A DNA stretch of 64,000 nucleotides from NCBI GenBank assembly GCA_963711835.1, contig CAVQFQ010000016.1:32001-96000 (forward strand). The letters are read 5' to 3'. The position numbers were made by a program, and so were the translations under genes. The stretch is from an uncultured delta proteobacterium. GTDB taxonomy: Bacteria > Desulfobacterota > RBG-13-43-22. The notes under the pieces were generated by a model. It did not search any database. It was not told where the DNA came from and saw only the letters and a list, made by a program, of their open reading frames with translations. Below, piece by piece: positions 51,109 through 61,885 of the stretch; within the stretch, counting starts at the first letter, position 1; every line of letters begins with the position of its first letter.

Positions 51109-52192
51109 TTACGATTCAAAGGAGGTTAGGTAGGCGATGACTTTTTGATCGGCCCGGGGGAAGGCGAAGCCGGCCAATTCGGATGGGAAAACCCAGCGAA
51201 AGTCCTTCACCCCATTCAGCTTGATTCTTCCCGATATTTTTCGGCAGAAGAAGCAATGAAGCATTATTCGAAAATGGGAATAGGCATGTCTGACTTTTAA
51301 AAAGGGGGCTTCCCCCACTTCGATTTCAAGATCCAGTTCTTCCTTGATTTCCCTTTTCAGGCACTCTGCCAAAGATTCCCCTTTTTCTCTTTTGCCCCCC
51401 GGAAATTCCCAGAGCCCGCCCAACAACCCTTTTTCCGGTCTCTGGGTAATCAGGATTTTATTTCCTCTACGGATGACAGCCGCTGTCACATCATAGTGGG
51501 GAATCTTTTTCCTGGGGAACCTTTAGAGGCAGGACGGCCGGATTCCCTTGAGCATAGGCCCGACATTTTCGTTTGATTGGGCAATGGGGGCAGTCCGGAT
51601 CTTTAGGTCTACAAATCAAGGCCCCCAGTTCCATCAGGGCTTCATTGAAAAGCCCGGGTTGTTGGGCCGGTAACCCTGCTGACAGCAGGGCAGCAGCGAG
51701 ATTCCAAAGTTCCCTAATAGTGCCTGCCTTTCCAGTCTCCTTCCGAATATTAAAAAACCGGATCAAGACCCGCTTGACATTGCCGTCCAAAATGGGAAGG
51801 GGTTGGTTATAAACCAGACTCAAAATAGCTCCGGCCGTGGAGCGCCCAATGCCGGGCAACTGAATCAACTGCTCATAGGTTGCCGGCAGTTTCCCGTCAA
51901 ATTGTTTAACCACCAGCTTAGCGGTCTGGTGGAGATTCCTGGCCCGGCTGTAATAACCCATTCCCTCCCAGGCCTTGAGCACCTTATCAATCCGGACCTT
52001 GGCCAGGGTCCGGATTTCCGGAAACCATTCCATGAATCGCCGATAATAGGGTTCGACCTGTCCCACTTGGGTTTGCTGGAGCATGATTTCAGAGACCCAG
52101 GCGGCATAGGGGGTCCGATTTTGACGCCAGGGCAGATCACGACCGTTTTTTTTAAACCAGGATAGGAGTTGTTTTTCAGGAAATTTAGTCAT
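51109..52192 (-). CDS. mutY: A/G-specific adenine glycosylase with NUDIX C-terminal domain, split by a +1 indel
   Basis: WVSEIMLQQTQV, LPGIG HhH, LDGNVKRV, 4Fe-4S Cys motif; GGLWEFPGG in ORF 51109; extra base in the G run at 51514-51517. Confidence 0.92.
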
Positions 52193-52236
52193 TAAATATC
52201 AGATTAAAATTCTTCTAAGATCTCTTTAGTCTCTTT

Positions 52237-52332
52237 CCCCTCCCCGCGGCGGGAGGGGATTGAGGGGAGGGGGATATAACTTTTTCCTGTTCACCCTCAT
52301 CCCATACCCTCCCCACGTCAGGGGAGAAGGGG
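52237..52332. repeat. Inverted pair of REP-like palindromes
   Basis: CCCCTCCC...GGGAGGGG unit followed by an oppositely oriented CACCCTC...CCCTCCCC...GGGGAGAAGGGG unit. Confidence 0.6.
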
Positions 52333-52380
52333 TTGTTTATTGTATTACCAGGAATATACACCTCACTTTTCCTAATCCCA

Positions 52381-53637
52381 CTAATCCTCCAAAAGGGTCC
52401 CCGGCCGGATGGCCTCTTGGCCGAACTTATCTTGAATGGCATCCATGGCCTGATTGAGGGCCTTGCTTTTAGGGGAGTCCTTTCCATCTCGGAAGAGGAA
52501 GAGTTGTCCCGATCCGTGGGAAGAGAAGTGGGAAAGGCTGATGCCCAGAAGCCTGACGGGCCGGGAGCCGATTTCGGTTTTGTCCATCAATCCAAGACAG
52601 GTTTGGAAAATCTCACGGCCGTCGTCGGTGGCAACAGGGATCGTCAGGGACCGGGTGATCTGTTTGAAATTGCTGTAGGTCACTTTCAAGGTCACGGTTT
52701 TTCCGGCCAGACCATTTCTTCGCAATCGTCGGCCTACGCGCTGGGCCAGGTGAAGCAATTCTTTCCTGGCCCGCTCCTTATCCCGGATATCCTCGGAAAA
52801 AGTTTCTTCCCGGCCGAGGGATTTAACGTCGTGGAGGGGCTGCACCGGCCGGTCATCAAGGCCTCTGGCGAGACAATAGAGCTGAAGCCCCGTTTGGCCC
52901 AGGTGCTTTTCCAAAAGATCCCTGGTAAGGACCCGCAACTCTTTGATAGTTCGGACGTTTAACCGGTGAAAGGTCTCCTGGGTAACCTGGCCGACTCCCC
53001 AGAGCTTTTCAATGGGCAGCGGATCCAGAAATTCCCCTGTTTTTCCCAGGGGCACCACGGTCAAGCCGTCGGGTTTATTTAAGTCCGAGGCAATTTTGGC
53101 GACCAATTTGGAGGAGGCTACCCCGGCGGATATGGTAAGGCCGATTTCTTCCCTGACGGCTTTTTTTATTTCCTGGGCGATGTTTTCCGCAGGGCCGAAA
53201 AGATGAACCGATGCGGTTACATCCAGGAAGGCCTCATCGATGGACAGGGGTTCTACTACCGGGGTATAACGGCGAAAGATTTCAAAAACCTGGTCCGAGA
53301 TTTCTTTGTAACGGCCCAGGCGAACCGGCAGGAAAATCCCCTGGGGGCAGAGTCGCAAGGCCGTGACTATGGGCTGGGCGGAATGGACCCCGAACTTTCG
53401 GGCTTCATAGGAGGCGGCCGAAACCACCCCTCTTTGTCTCGGGCCTCCTACGATGACCGGCCGGCCTTTTAATTCCGGGTTGTCCAGGGTCTCGACGGAG
53501 GCGTAAAAGGCGTCCAAGTCAAGGTGGATGATCTGTCTGCCCTCAGGTTTTTCGGTCCGGCTGCTTTCCGGGAGTTCAGGAAGAGATGGGTTTGGAAGGG
53601 CGTCCATGAGATGGTGAAATATCCTGAGCCTTCCCAA
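52381..53637 (-). CDS. dinB: DNA polymerase IV (Y family); start uncertain
   Basis: IIHLDLDAFYASVE, ASYEAR, SIDEAFLD, AKIASD.NKPDG. Confidence 0.93.
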   Translation of the reverse strand: MGRLRIFHHLMDALPNPSLPELPESSRTEKPEGRQIIHLDLDAFYASVETLDNPELKGRPVIVGGPRQRGVVSAASYEARKFGVHSAQPIVTALRLCPQGIFLPVRLGRYKEISDQVFEIFRRYTPVVEPLSIDEAFLDVTASVHLFGPAENIAQEIKKAVREEIGLTISAGVASSKLVAKIASDLNKPDGLTVVPLGKTGEFLDPLPIEKLWGVGQVTQETFHRLNVRTIKELRVLTRDLLEKHLGQTGLQLYCLARGLDDRPVQPLHDVKSLGREETFSEDIRDKERARKELLHLAQRVGRRLRRNGLAGKTVTLKVTYSNFKQITRSLTIPVATDDGREIFQTCLGLMDKTEIGSRPVRLLGISLSHFSSHGSGQLFLFRDGKDSPKSKALNQAMDAIQDKFGQEAIRPGTLLED

Positions 53638-53717
53638 CTCTCCCGGCTTCCGGGAAGAGCAGGAAGTCCGGAGACAAGGACTATCCGGGTTGATAAGGAC
53701 CGGCCGTGGCCTAAACC

Positions 53718-54371
53718 CTATTTCTTATCCGTCAAAGTCTGGACCCTGAAATCCGAATTTCGGAAGAGATCCTTCAGGGTTTTATCCAGAAGGTTGTTCA
53801 GGACTTCCTGACTTTGCGAAGAAAAGTTTTCCGGGGTGAAAGGGACCCGAACCTCGCGATGACCGATCTTTTTGCTCCAGGCCAGATCGCCATGAGGGGG
53901 TCTTATCAGGTACGCCTCAATCTCAACATCGGCCAGAAACCGGCCCACTTGCTGGATAAAGAAATGAGAAATGGTCCCCCCGACTAAAAAATCCACCTGA
54001 AGGTGGGGTATCTTTCTTAGCAGGGTCTTGACGTCATGTTTTCCGATTTGAATGGTGTAAATTTCATCGCTGCTGAGCTGATAGCCATAGGCCTCCATCT
54101 CCTTTTTGACACTGCGGGTAACGAATTGGGAAATGGTGGTCGGGCTATAGAGCTTGGTCCCGTAAAGCGAGGCCTGCCCCACCCAATAGGCATTTTCCTG
54201 ACCGTTCCAGGTGGCATCCTCAAAGGGGATAACCGCAATTTTTATGGGTGCGGAGGTGAGGGGAGGGGCCTTGGAAGGCGCATAAGCCAGTTCCAAGGTC
54301 TGTGTGGTAGTACAACCCCACAGGAACAAACAAAAGAGTGCCGCGAAAATTACCCTGGTTCGTGCCGTCAT
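53718..54371 (-). CDS. Hypothetical lipoprotein
   Basis: Lipobox LWG-C, IAVIPFED segment reminiscent of CsgG/TolB-N/YajG-like folds. Confidence 0.65.
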   Translation of the reverse strand: MTARTRVIFAALFCLFLWGCTTTQTLELAYAPSKAPPLTSAPIKIAVIPFEDATWNGQENAYWVGQASLYGTKLYSPTTISQFVTRSVKKEMEAYGYQLSSDEIYTIQIGKHDVKTLLRKIPHLQVDFLVGGTISHFFIQQVGRFLADVEIEAYLIRPPHGDLAWSKKIGHREVRVPFTPENFSSQSQEVLNNLLDKTLKDLFRNSDFRVQTLTDKK

Positions 54372-55736
54372 TTATGCCTCCTTTTTTTGATAATGCTTTT
54401 CCCAGGCCGCATCGGCCAATTCCCCATAACGCGCGGCAAACTGATCGATCTCCGGGGCCAGATCGGAAAAGATAGTTTCCGCGCCGGGATGGGTAAAATG
54501 GGCCCCGGTTTCATAGGCCATCCTTCTACCCATATCAGGCCGGTCCACCAGCATGCAGGGCCGGAGCAGGTTTTTCTGTAAAGGCTGCTCGGTCCGGATG
54601 GCCTTAAATAGAGGAGAATTTAAGGCCTCCCGAAGGGGGGTCTCTTTGATATTGTGCATGGCAATATGGCAAAAAACGCAGGGCTCCACGTCCCCCTGGG
54701 CATTGATATGAAAATATTTTCGAGCGCCGGAAATGCAGCCGCCGACCACCGGGCCGTCATTCCAGAAATCGGCTACCAGAATCGGCCGGGTGGCCCTGAT
54801 TTGGGCCACCCGCTCCCGAAGGGCGTCCCGTTGCTCCGGGGTGGGCATAAGCTGGATGTTGGGTTCCCTGCCGATGGGCAGATACATGAAGAACCAGCCC
54901 AATAGGCAACCCTGATCAATAAGAAAGTCCATAAATGGTTCGCTGGTGATGGTATCATGATTCAGCCGGGTCTGGGTAGCGGAAAAGCCGAAAATAATCC
55001 CGGCTTCTTTTAAGCTTTTCATGGCCTGGAGGACCCGCTCAAAATGGCCTGCGCCCCGTCGTTTGTCCGTTTCTTCCTGGAACCCTTCCAGACTGATGGA
55101 TGGGAGTATATTGCCGCATCGGGCGATCCGCTCCGCCAGGCGCTGGTCGATGAGGCCGCCATGGGTATAGACATGAAAAATCATGTCATGGTGTTGCTCA
55201 AAGATGTCAAAAATATCCTGCTTGAAAAAAGGTTCGCCTCCGGAGACCACGCAGGCATAAATACCCATTTCATTGGCCTGATCCAAGGCCTGGTGGATGA
55301 TTTTAGTGGGTAATTCTGCCCCCTTATCATAACTCCCGGCATAACAACCGAAACATTTCAGATTGCATTTCATGGTCGGGCTTATGACCAGAAACCCGGG
55401 CGGATAAAAACCTCCCTCCAGTTCTGAAAAGGCCTTCCTTTTGTTGGTCCCTTCCAATAACTGGTTGATGATCAGGGTCTGGATGATGGTCTTGCGATGA
55501 TGGGGATTGGTTCGATAAAGGATTTTCTTGGTTACTTCCAGGCAGGGGTGGTTTTGATCGAAAAGGTCCCGGATCCAATTGATCCAGTCGATGTAATAAT
55601 CCTTTCTGACCAACAGAGCAGCCAGGCGGGCGATCTGGGTGTAGGTCCAGCGAAATTTTTTTTCATCAGTGGTCCGGGATAAAGCCGCCAGTAAGAGATT
55701 GATGCTGTTGGCAATGGCTTGGTTTCTTAGCGACAT
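54372..55736 (-). CDS. Radical SAM protein with a SPASM/twitch C-terminus
   Basis: CNLKCFGC, SGGEP, GGCISG...GDVEPCVF...PC. Confidence 0.9.
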   Translation of the reverse strand: MSLRNQAIANSINLLLAALSRTTDEKKFRWTYTQIARLAALLVRKDYYIDWINWIRDLFDQNHPCLEVTKKILYRTNPHHRKTIIQTLIINQLLEGTNKRKAFSELEGGFYPPGFLVISPTMKCNLKCFGCYAGSYDKGAELPTKIIHQALDQANEMGIYACVVSGGEPFFKQDIFDIFEQHHDMIFHVYTHGGLIDQRLAERIARCGNILPSISLEGFQEETDKRRGAGHFERVLQAMKSLKEAGIIFGFSATQTRLNHDTITSEPFMDFLIDQGCLLGWFFMYLPIGREPNIQLMPTPEQRDALRERVAQIRATRPILVADFWNDGPVVGGCISGARKYFHINAQGDVEPCVFCHIAMHNIKETPLREALNSPLFKAIRTEQPLQKNLLRPCMLVDRPDMGRRMAYETGAHFTHPGAETIFSDLAPEIDQFAARYGELADAAWEKHYQKKEA

Positions 55737-55744
55737 TGGTTATA

Positions 55745-56224
55745 TTATACCGCCTTCCATAAATAGGCCAGGGTTTCACCCAGGCCAAGCAAAAGAAAAC
55801 AACCGACCAAGGACCCGGTTATTAAGATCAGATAAGAAATCTTCTTGGGTATTTTCAGGGAAAAGGCCATCAATACCCCGCTCCACATCCCGCCCCCCTT
55901 TACCGGCATGACCGTGATCAGAAAGACCCCCAGGCCTTTCCAGGCCGACCAGGCCCGCCAGGCCCAGGATTGTTGTCTTCCCACCCCTTTTTGAGTCAGC
56001 CACCGGTTCAATCGGGAAAAACCCGGGAAGCGCACGGCTCCTTCATAGAGCCGATAAAAAAGAGGGATTTGTAACCCATCCAACAAAACGATCAGGGGTA
56101 AAAAAAATAAAAGATTTTGTCCCAGCCACTGGGCACTTAGGATAGCCGCGGTCCGGCCTCCTAAGACATAAAGGCCGAAAAAATAAAACAGATAGGTTTG
56201 CTTAATCCATTCCAGCCATTCCAT
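55745..56224 (-). CDS. Small multi-TM protein (putative small multidrug export family)
   Basis: GGRTAAI, MPVKGGGMWSG, four TMs. Confidence 0.65.
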   Translation of the reverse strand: MEWLEWIKQTYLFYFFGLYVLGGRTAAILSAQWLGQNLLFFLPLIVLLDGLQIPLFYRLYEGAVRFPGFSRLNRWLTQKGVGRQQSWAWRAWSAWKGLGVFLITVMPVKGGGMWSGVLMAFSLKIPKKISYLILITGSLVGCFLLLGLGETLAYLWKAV

Positions 56225-56415
56225 AAAGGTTTTTGTTGAAGAGGCCTGCGCTCCTGCTTAATCCTATTCTGTTATAACCTAACCGTCCTAACCATCCATA
56301 ATCATACTGACTTTACCCAGGCAGCCCCTCCGGTTATAACCATTTATGAGACTGTAAGTAAGATGGTTTAAGTTTAATTTATAGCCGTCTCTTTTGCAAT
56401 AAGATTTATCAGGGC

Positions 56416-57606
56416 TTAGGTCCTCTGGATCCGCTCGTGGAGAAGCCGCCGCATGTCCTGATCATATAATAAGGTGATCAGGGTCAGCAGGCGCCCCAGG
56501 ACCGGGAGAGGGTCCCCAGATTGGTAAAAATCATGAGCCGTATTTTTATCAAAAAACCGAAAAAAGGAGGGCTTCATTCGAAAACGTTCAGGATTTTGAA
56601 TAAAATGAAGTAAATCCCCGGGCAGAATCCAGCGGCAGCGCTTTCCTAAATCATAGCCTTCCATTTTCTCGATCGGCTGTTCCAAGGCCATTTGAAACAA
56701 AAGATAAGGGAAGTCCACCCCGGCATAAACGGCCAGGGGCAATGAACCCCAAAACCGGGGGTTGATCTCCATCAACTTGGGTCTCCCATCCCTGGGATCA
56801 TAACGAAATTCCACCATGGCCACCCCAAACCAGCCCAAGGCTCTTAAAAGAGATTCCCCTAACCGGTGTACTTCCGGGTCGTAACTACTTTCCCGCAAGG
56901 TGCTCGGCCCGCCTTTGACAGGATATTCCCGGATGCGTTTATGGATAAAATAGGCCAGCGGCTCCTGGTCCGGCCCAAATAGGAATGAGGCCCCGAGGGC
57001 CTGCCCTCCCGGGGGTATGAATTCTTGAATCAGCGGTAAGGGATATTTCCGATGGACCTTCTGGTAGGCCGGCCAGAAGTCTTTTTGATCATAGACATAG
57101 ACGATTCCAGTGGAACCGGAGCCGATGCGGGGTTTGATAACGGCCGGAATCGGAACCTCCGGAAAAAGGTCCGGGACCGCGTCCAGGCTTTCCGGGAAAA
57201 GGGTCTTGGGAATGGGGATTCCGATTTTCAGGGCCAGCCGAAGAACCTCGTCTTTGCGGCGGGCCTGATCCAGGGCGGAAAAACCGGTGAAGGGAATCCG
57301 GGTATGGGGTTCCAGAAGAGAGCGATGCCGGGCGATGAGGAGAGTAGTCTGTTCTTCCATAGGGATCAGGACCTCGTAAGCCCGGCTTTTTACTTCCTTG
57401 ATCAGGGCTTCCAGAAAGGCCTCGGGATGGAAATAGGGGGAAGGATAGACCCATCTCCGGGAACAATACCGTGAGAAAAAGGAAGTGGCGATGGGAGTAC
57501 TTTCCCCGACCGTTACCCGGATGCCCCTCCTGCCCAGAGAACGGGTTGCGGCCAGGGTCTTGGCCCAATGGCCATCCGTCAATAAGACACGGGTTTTATT
57601 TCTCAT
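56416..57606 (-). CDS. ATP-grasp carboxylate-amine ligase family protein
   Basis: IPIPKT, IKPRIGSGS, LIQEFIP, MVEF, EINPRFWG. Confidence 0.88.
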   Translation of the reverse strand: MRNKTRVLLTDGHWAKTLAATRSLGRRGIRVTVGESTPIATSFFSRYCSRRWVYPSPYFHPEAFLEALIKEVKSRAYEVLIPMEEQTTLLIARHRSLLEPHTRIPFTGFSALDQARRKDEVLRLALKIGIPIPKTLFPESLDAVPDLFPEVPIPAVIKPRIGSGSTGIVYVYDQKDFWPAYQKVHRKYPLPLIQEFIPPGGQALGASFLFGPDQEPLAYFIHKRIREYPVKGGPSTLRESSYDPEVHRLGESLLRALGWFGVAMVEFRYDPRDGRPKLMEINPRFWGSLPLAVYAGVDFPYLLFQMALEQPIEKMEGYDLGKRCRWILPGDLLHFIQNPERFRMKPSFFRFFDKNTAHDFYQSGDPLPVLGRLLTLITLLYDQDMRRLLHERIQRT

Positions 57607-57678
57607 TTTTTAAAGTAAGGCCTATTTTTCAGGCCAATTAACCCTTGAGGATCAATCTAAACTGTGTTAAGTACTAAC

Positions 57679-57821
57679 TAGTTCTCATCCGGACAAGATA
57701 TTTTCGGCTGAGAGCTGTCAGCGATCAGCTTTTAGCCATCTGCAAAAAATCTTAAAAATAATGGTTTAAGCTGACGGCTGAACGCTCCATTCGGAAATCG
57801 GAGATTCCCGGATGGACACTG
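57679..57821. repeat. MITE-like element with imperfect terminal inverted repeats and internal heptamer repeats
   Basis: Left TAGTTCTCATCCGG, right CCGGATGGACACT; internal GCTGAGAGCTG/GCTGACGGCTGA. Confidence 0.6.
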
Positions 57822-57864
57822 ACTAACTTAACACAAAAGCGCCTGAAGGTTAAAAAGGATTTTA

Positions 57865-58650
57865 TTGACCAACGAACTTAAAGGCCTGCTCTACCCCTAT
57901 TTTGCCCCGGAAGAATTTAAGGATCGAACCGCTATCGTGACCGGGGGGTCTCGGGGGATTGGAAAGGCCGTTTCTTTGGCCTTATCCTTCCTGGGGGCCA
58001 ACCTGATAGTGGTTTTTCGGGAAGACCGTCAAGCCGCCCTTTCTCTGAAAGAGACCCTTGCCGATCAAGGGGGAGCCTGTACCCTGATACAGGGAGATGT
58101 CTCCTCACGGGAAACCTGGTTGGAACTGGTCAGGCAGGCCTTGAATCAATGGGGAAGAATCGACATCCTGATTAATAATGCCGCCCTGCTCAAAGACCGG
58201 TTGTTTCTTTTTCTCCAGGAAAATGACTGGGACCGGGTGCTGGAAATAAATTTAAAAAGCCTTTACCATGGCTGTCAGGCCGTTATCAAGACCATGATCG
58301 GGCAGCGGTTCGGCCGGATTATTAATCTGACTTCTCCCAGCGCCCTGCTGGGGCGGGCCGGTCAGACCAATTATGCGGCCTCCAAGGGCGGGGTGATCAG
58401 TTTTTCCAAATCCCTGGCCCGGGAAGTGGCCCGGGCAGGAATAACGGTCAACTGTGTCTCCCCCGGGGTGATCCGAACCGATTTATTCCAGCGACTCCCT
58501 GAAAAAACGCAACAGGAATTAATTTCCCGGATCCCGGGAGGCCGGACGGGAAAACCGGAGGAAGTGGCCGGGATTATTTTGTTCCTGGCTTCCCAGCGGT
58601 CAAGCTACCTGACCGGCCAGGTTATTGCTGTAGATGGAGGATTGACATAA
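57865..58650 (+). CDS. 3-oxoacyl-ACP reductase (FabG-like SDR)
   Basis: TGGSRGIG, NNAA, GQTNYAASK, VDGG. Confidence 0.9.
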   Translation: MTNELKGLLYPYFAPEEFKDRTAIVTGGSRGIGKAVSLALSFLGANLIVVFREDRQAALSLKETLADQGGACTLIQGDVSSRETWLELVRQALNQWGRIDILINNAALLKDRLFLFLQENDWDRVLEINLKSLYHGCQAVIKTMIGQRFGRIINLTSPSALLGRAGQTNYAASKGGVISFSKSLAREVARAGITVNCVSPGVIRTDLFQRLPEKTQQELISRIPGGRTGKPEEVAGIILFLASQRSSYLTGQVIAVDGGLT

Positions 58651-58655
58651 AAGAC

Positions 58656-58955
58656 ATGATGGAAACCAAAACACCGGACTGGAGTAAGGATACGCCCGGA
58701 CTGATAGTCTTTCTTAAGAAGATAATCATCGAATCCCTCAAACTGGAAGACCTTGATCCCGAGGAGATCAAGGAAGAGGACCCCCTTTTCGGTGAGGGAC
58801 TCGGGTTGGATTCCCTGGACGCCCTGGAGCTGGTGGTGGCTGTTGAGAAATATTTTGGAGTAGTCATCGAGAATGAAGACCAGGGCAAAGAGGCCTTCGT
58901 CTCCATAGTCGGCTTAGCCCGGTATATTCAGCGGGAAGCGGCCGGCCGACCATGA
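58656..58955 (+). CDS. Acyl carrier protein
   Basis: LFGEGLGLDSLDALEL phosphopantetheine site. Confidence 0.92.
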   Translation: MMETKTPDWSKDTPGLIVFLKKIIIESLKLEDLDPEEIKEEDPLFGEGLGLDSLDALELVVAVEKYFGVVIENEDQGKEAFVSIVGLARYIQREAAGRP

Positions 58956-59380
58956 ACTGGGTGGAAACCGAGGTTAAGGTCCGTTTCGAGGAAGTAGATC
59001 TCTGGCAGATAGTCTGGTACGGCCATTACCTCTCTTACTTTGAAGTGGCCCGGATGACCCTTCTGGAAAAATTCGGCCTCCTGATAGAAAAGGTGGCCAT
59101 GTTGGGCTTCAGGACCCCCCTGGTCACCTTGAAGTGCCAATTCAAAAATTCGGCCCGCTTCAACGATACCCTTCGGGTCAAGGCGGCGGTCCTGCCTTCT
59201 GAAACGGCCTCCCTGACCTTCCTTTTTGAAATTCATCGGCCTTCCGATCAGACGCTGATCGCCCAGGGGGAAACCACTCATGTCCTTCAGGATAAGGATG
59301 GCAAAATGATTTATAAGTTCAGCGGGGCCTTGAGGGAAAAAATAGAAGCTATGGTGGCCTATTGCAATTCCCCCGGCTAA
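58952..59380 (+). CDS. Acyl-CoA/ACP thioesterase (4HBT hot-dog fold)
   Basis: VRFEEVD..QIVWYGHYLSYFE. Confidence 0.88.
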   Translation: MNWVETEVKVRFEEVDLWQIVWYGHYLSYFEVARMTLLEKFGLLIEKVAMLGFRTPLVTLKCQFKNSARFNDTLRVKAAVLPSETASLTFLFEIHRPSDQTLIAQGETTHVLQDKDGKMIYKFSGALREKIEAMVAYCNSPG

Positions 59381-59392
59381 GGCAGGTGTCGC

Positions 59393-60646
59393 TTGCCCCC
59401 TCTTTTACCTCTGCTCCGCCTCTCCCTCTCCCAGTTATCCTATTATAAAAGCCGCTACCTGATCATGGGTCTGCTGCTGGTTTCAGGGTCTTTGATCCTC
59501 TTCCTTTCATTGAGCTATCTTGTTTCCGTCCAGGCTTCCATCCGGGAAGGGCTGGTTTCCAGACTGACCGGGCACCTGCAACTTTATAACCCGGCGGTTA
59601 AAGAGGTATCTTTCTATCAGGATCCAACGGGGCAGATCCCCTGGATTCAGGACCCGGAAGCGCTGGAAAGGATCCTTACAGCGGTCCCGGGGTTGGCCGG
59701 TTTCACCAAAAGGATCCTGGTCGGCGGCCTGCTCCAGAAAGGGGACCGGTCCATGGGGGCCTTAGTGGCCGGAATGGAGATGAATAAAGAGATCGCCCTC
59801 AGGGGGAAAATTTCTCCTCTTTCCCTTTCGGGGATGATCTCCATCCGGGAAGGGGAGGTCTTGCTCGGAAAAGGGGTAGCCAAGGTTTTACGGGTGGCCC
59901 CAGGCGAAAAGATCCCTCTGCTGGTCCCCAATGAATCCGGCTTTATCAGCGGCCGGCGATTTCTGGTCAGGGGTTTATTCAGCACCCCGGGTCTGGATCC
60001 CGTTGCCGAACTCTTTGTTTACCTGAACTTGTCGGATCTCCAGCATTTATTAGGTCTGGAAAAGGAAGTGGGCCATTTCGTCCTTTTTGCCGAAAAGGAA
60101 ACCCGGATAAATTCCCTGACGGCTTCTCTGGCCCATCGCTTTAAAGCGCTTCACCTGCCGGTCAGCCTCTTTACCTGGGACGAGATCGGGAAACCTTTCT
60201 TAGGGATTTTAAGTCTGAGCCAAATTTTTTTCGGCCTGACCAACCTTCTTATCCTGATTATCATCGCCCTCACGGTTGTCAATTCCACCCTGATGAACCT
60301 CTTTGAAAGGATGCCGGAACTGGGCACCCTCTTAACTCTGGGGACGAAAAGAAGCCAGCTTTTTATTTTTCTCGGGGGCGAAATTATTCTCTTTGGATCA
60401 GCAGCCGCCGTGGCGGGTTTGTTTCTGGGATGGATTTTGAGCACGATCCTGGGGCAATGGGGACTTCCAGCCCTGAATCCGGCCATGGCCATGGCTTTCG
60501 GCCAGGAACGATTATACTTCAAAACCAATATCTGGGTCTGGCTCTTGTCTTTTGGGGCTTCCTTTCTGTTTTTAGTGCTCTCGGTCGGGGTCCCGATAAG
60601 CCGGGCCTGCCGTCTGAATCCGGCCGAGGTCTTAAAAGAGAGATGA
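59393..60646 (+). CDS. LolE/FtsX-like ABC permease
   Basis: TM, large periplasmic loop, ERMPELGTLLTLG, three more TMs. Confidence 0.85.
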   Translation: MPPLLPLLRLSLSQLSYYKSRYLIMGLLLVSGSLILFLSLSYLVSVQASIREGLVSRLTGHLQLYNPAVKEVSFYQDPTGQIPWIQDPEALERILTAVPGLAGFTKRILVGGLLQKGDRSMGALVAGMEMNKEIALRGKISPLSLSGMISIREGEVLLGKGVAKVLRVAPGEKIPLLVPNESGFISGRRFLVRGLFSTPGLDPVAELFVYLNLSDLQHLLGLEKEVGHFVLFAEKETRINSLTASLAHRFKALHLPVSLFTWDEIGKPFLGILSLSQIFFGLTNLLILIIIALTVVNSTLMNLFERMPELGTLLTLGTKRSQLFIFLGGEIILFGSAAAVAGLFLGWILSTILGQWGLPALNPAMAMAFGQERLYFKTNIWVWLLSFGASFLFLVLSVGVPISRACRLNPAEVLKER

Positions 60647-61881
60647 AGGCCTTTCTTTTTACAAAAATGGCCTGGAATAATCTCCGGCGATACCGGCGAC
60701 GGACGATCCTGGTGGGGTTGACCATCCTGCTCTCATCGGCGGTCTTAATTTTTAACAACTCGCTCGGAAACGGCATAGAGGAACAGTTGATCCAGAACAT
60801 GGTTTATATCCAGACCGGGCATATTGTTTTGACCCCCCAAGCCGACAGCCGGGACCCGGCCACGGAGACGGTCCGCTGGCAACCTTTACCCCCCGGGCTT
60901 AGCACCTTCCTGGCCTCCGATCCCCGTCTGCGCGGCATCCATCCCCGCTTGGAATCGGCGGCCCTTTTGACCGCCAACAATCAAACCATTACCCGGGCTT
61001 TTTTGGTAGGATTTGATCCTCGGGAAGAAGCGGCCTTCTTAAAGACCAGGCTTCCTATTTTACAGGGAAGCCCCTTTTTGAGTTCGGCCTCCAAGGCGAT
61101 CTTCCTTAGCCAGGAATATGCCCGGCGCCTGAAGGTCGGCCTAGGCGATCCGGTAACCCTGACCATCCATAATCCCCGGGGAGAAACCCGGATGAAGGAT
61201 TTTCAGCTTGGCGGCCTATTCAGGAAAGCCAATCCCTGGCAGGAGTTTTTTGTTTTCGCCCCCCTGGATGAGGTTCAGGATCTTTTCGGAACACCGAACC
61301 AGATCAGTTCGGTCCGTCTGATTCTGCATAAGGTCCCGGATGTGACTCGGGTCAGAAACGATCTCCAGGCTTTTATTACTAAGTGGCAGTTGCCCTGGAC
61401 GGTCAAAGGTTTTCAGGAAGTGGGGGGGTTCTCTTTGGGTATCATCCAGGCCAATAATTTTTCGATTGTCTTGATGGACAGCCTTCTTCTCCTGATAACC
61501 GCCATAGGCATCAGTCTGCTGATCCTTTTATCGCTTCAGCTCCGAGTTAAGGAGATGCGTATACTTTCTTTGCTGGGGACGCCGCCGGGATGGCTTCTTT
61601 TCAGCGTAATCCAGGAGGCCCTTTTGTTGGGGCTGCTTTTCGGGGGCCTGGGATTGGTCATGGGTTGGGGCCTGGCCTGGTATTTTCAAAACACCGGAAT
61701 CCGGATCACCTCCCTTCCCATTACTTACCTTCTGGGTGGGGATAGCCTGAGGCCCCTGATCCGCCTCCAGGGTATGGGAAAGGTTTTTTCCCTCCTCCTG
61801 GGGATCTGTTTTTTTTCCGCCCTGCTGCCCATGATCAACCTCCTCTGGGCCTCCTCTAAAAAAAGGGCCCGATCTGTTTAA
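60643..61881 (+). CDS. LolE/FtsX-like ABC permease
   Basis: AWNNLRRYRRRT, TGHI, RVKEMRIL..LG; ATG 60643 overlaps the upstream stop. Confidence 0.85.
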   Translation: MKAFLFTKMAWNNLRRYRRRTILVGLTILLSSAVLIFNNSLGNGIEEQLIQNMVYIQTGHIVLTPQADSRDPATETVRWQPLPPGLSTFLASDPRLRGIHPRLESAALLTANNQTITRAFLVGFDPREEAAFLKTRLPILQGSPFLSSASKAIFLSQEYARRLKVGLGDPVTLTIHNPRGETRMKDFQLGGLFRKANPWQEFFVFAPLDEVQDLFGTPNQISSVRLILHKVPDVTRVRNDLQAFITKWQLPWTVKGFQEVGGFSLGIIQANNFSIVLMDSLLLLITAIGISLLILLSLQLRVKEMRILSLLGTPPGWLLFSVIQEALLLGLLFGGLGLVMGWGLAWYFQNTGIRITSLPITYLLGGDSLRPLIRLQGMGKVFSLLLGICFFSALLPMINLLWASSKKRARSV

Positions 61882-61885
61882 GGAG

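Noticed and set aside
51489-51517. mutY and mutT as two genes, or programmed frameshifting
   Set aside because: Removing one base in a 4-nt run gives a continuous MutY-NUDIX; there is no slippery heptamer; the pattern matches the other indels.
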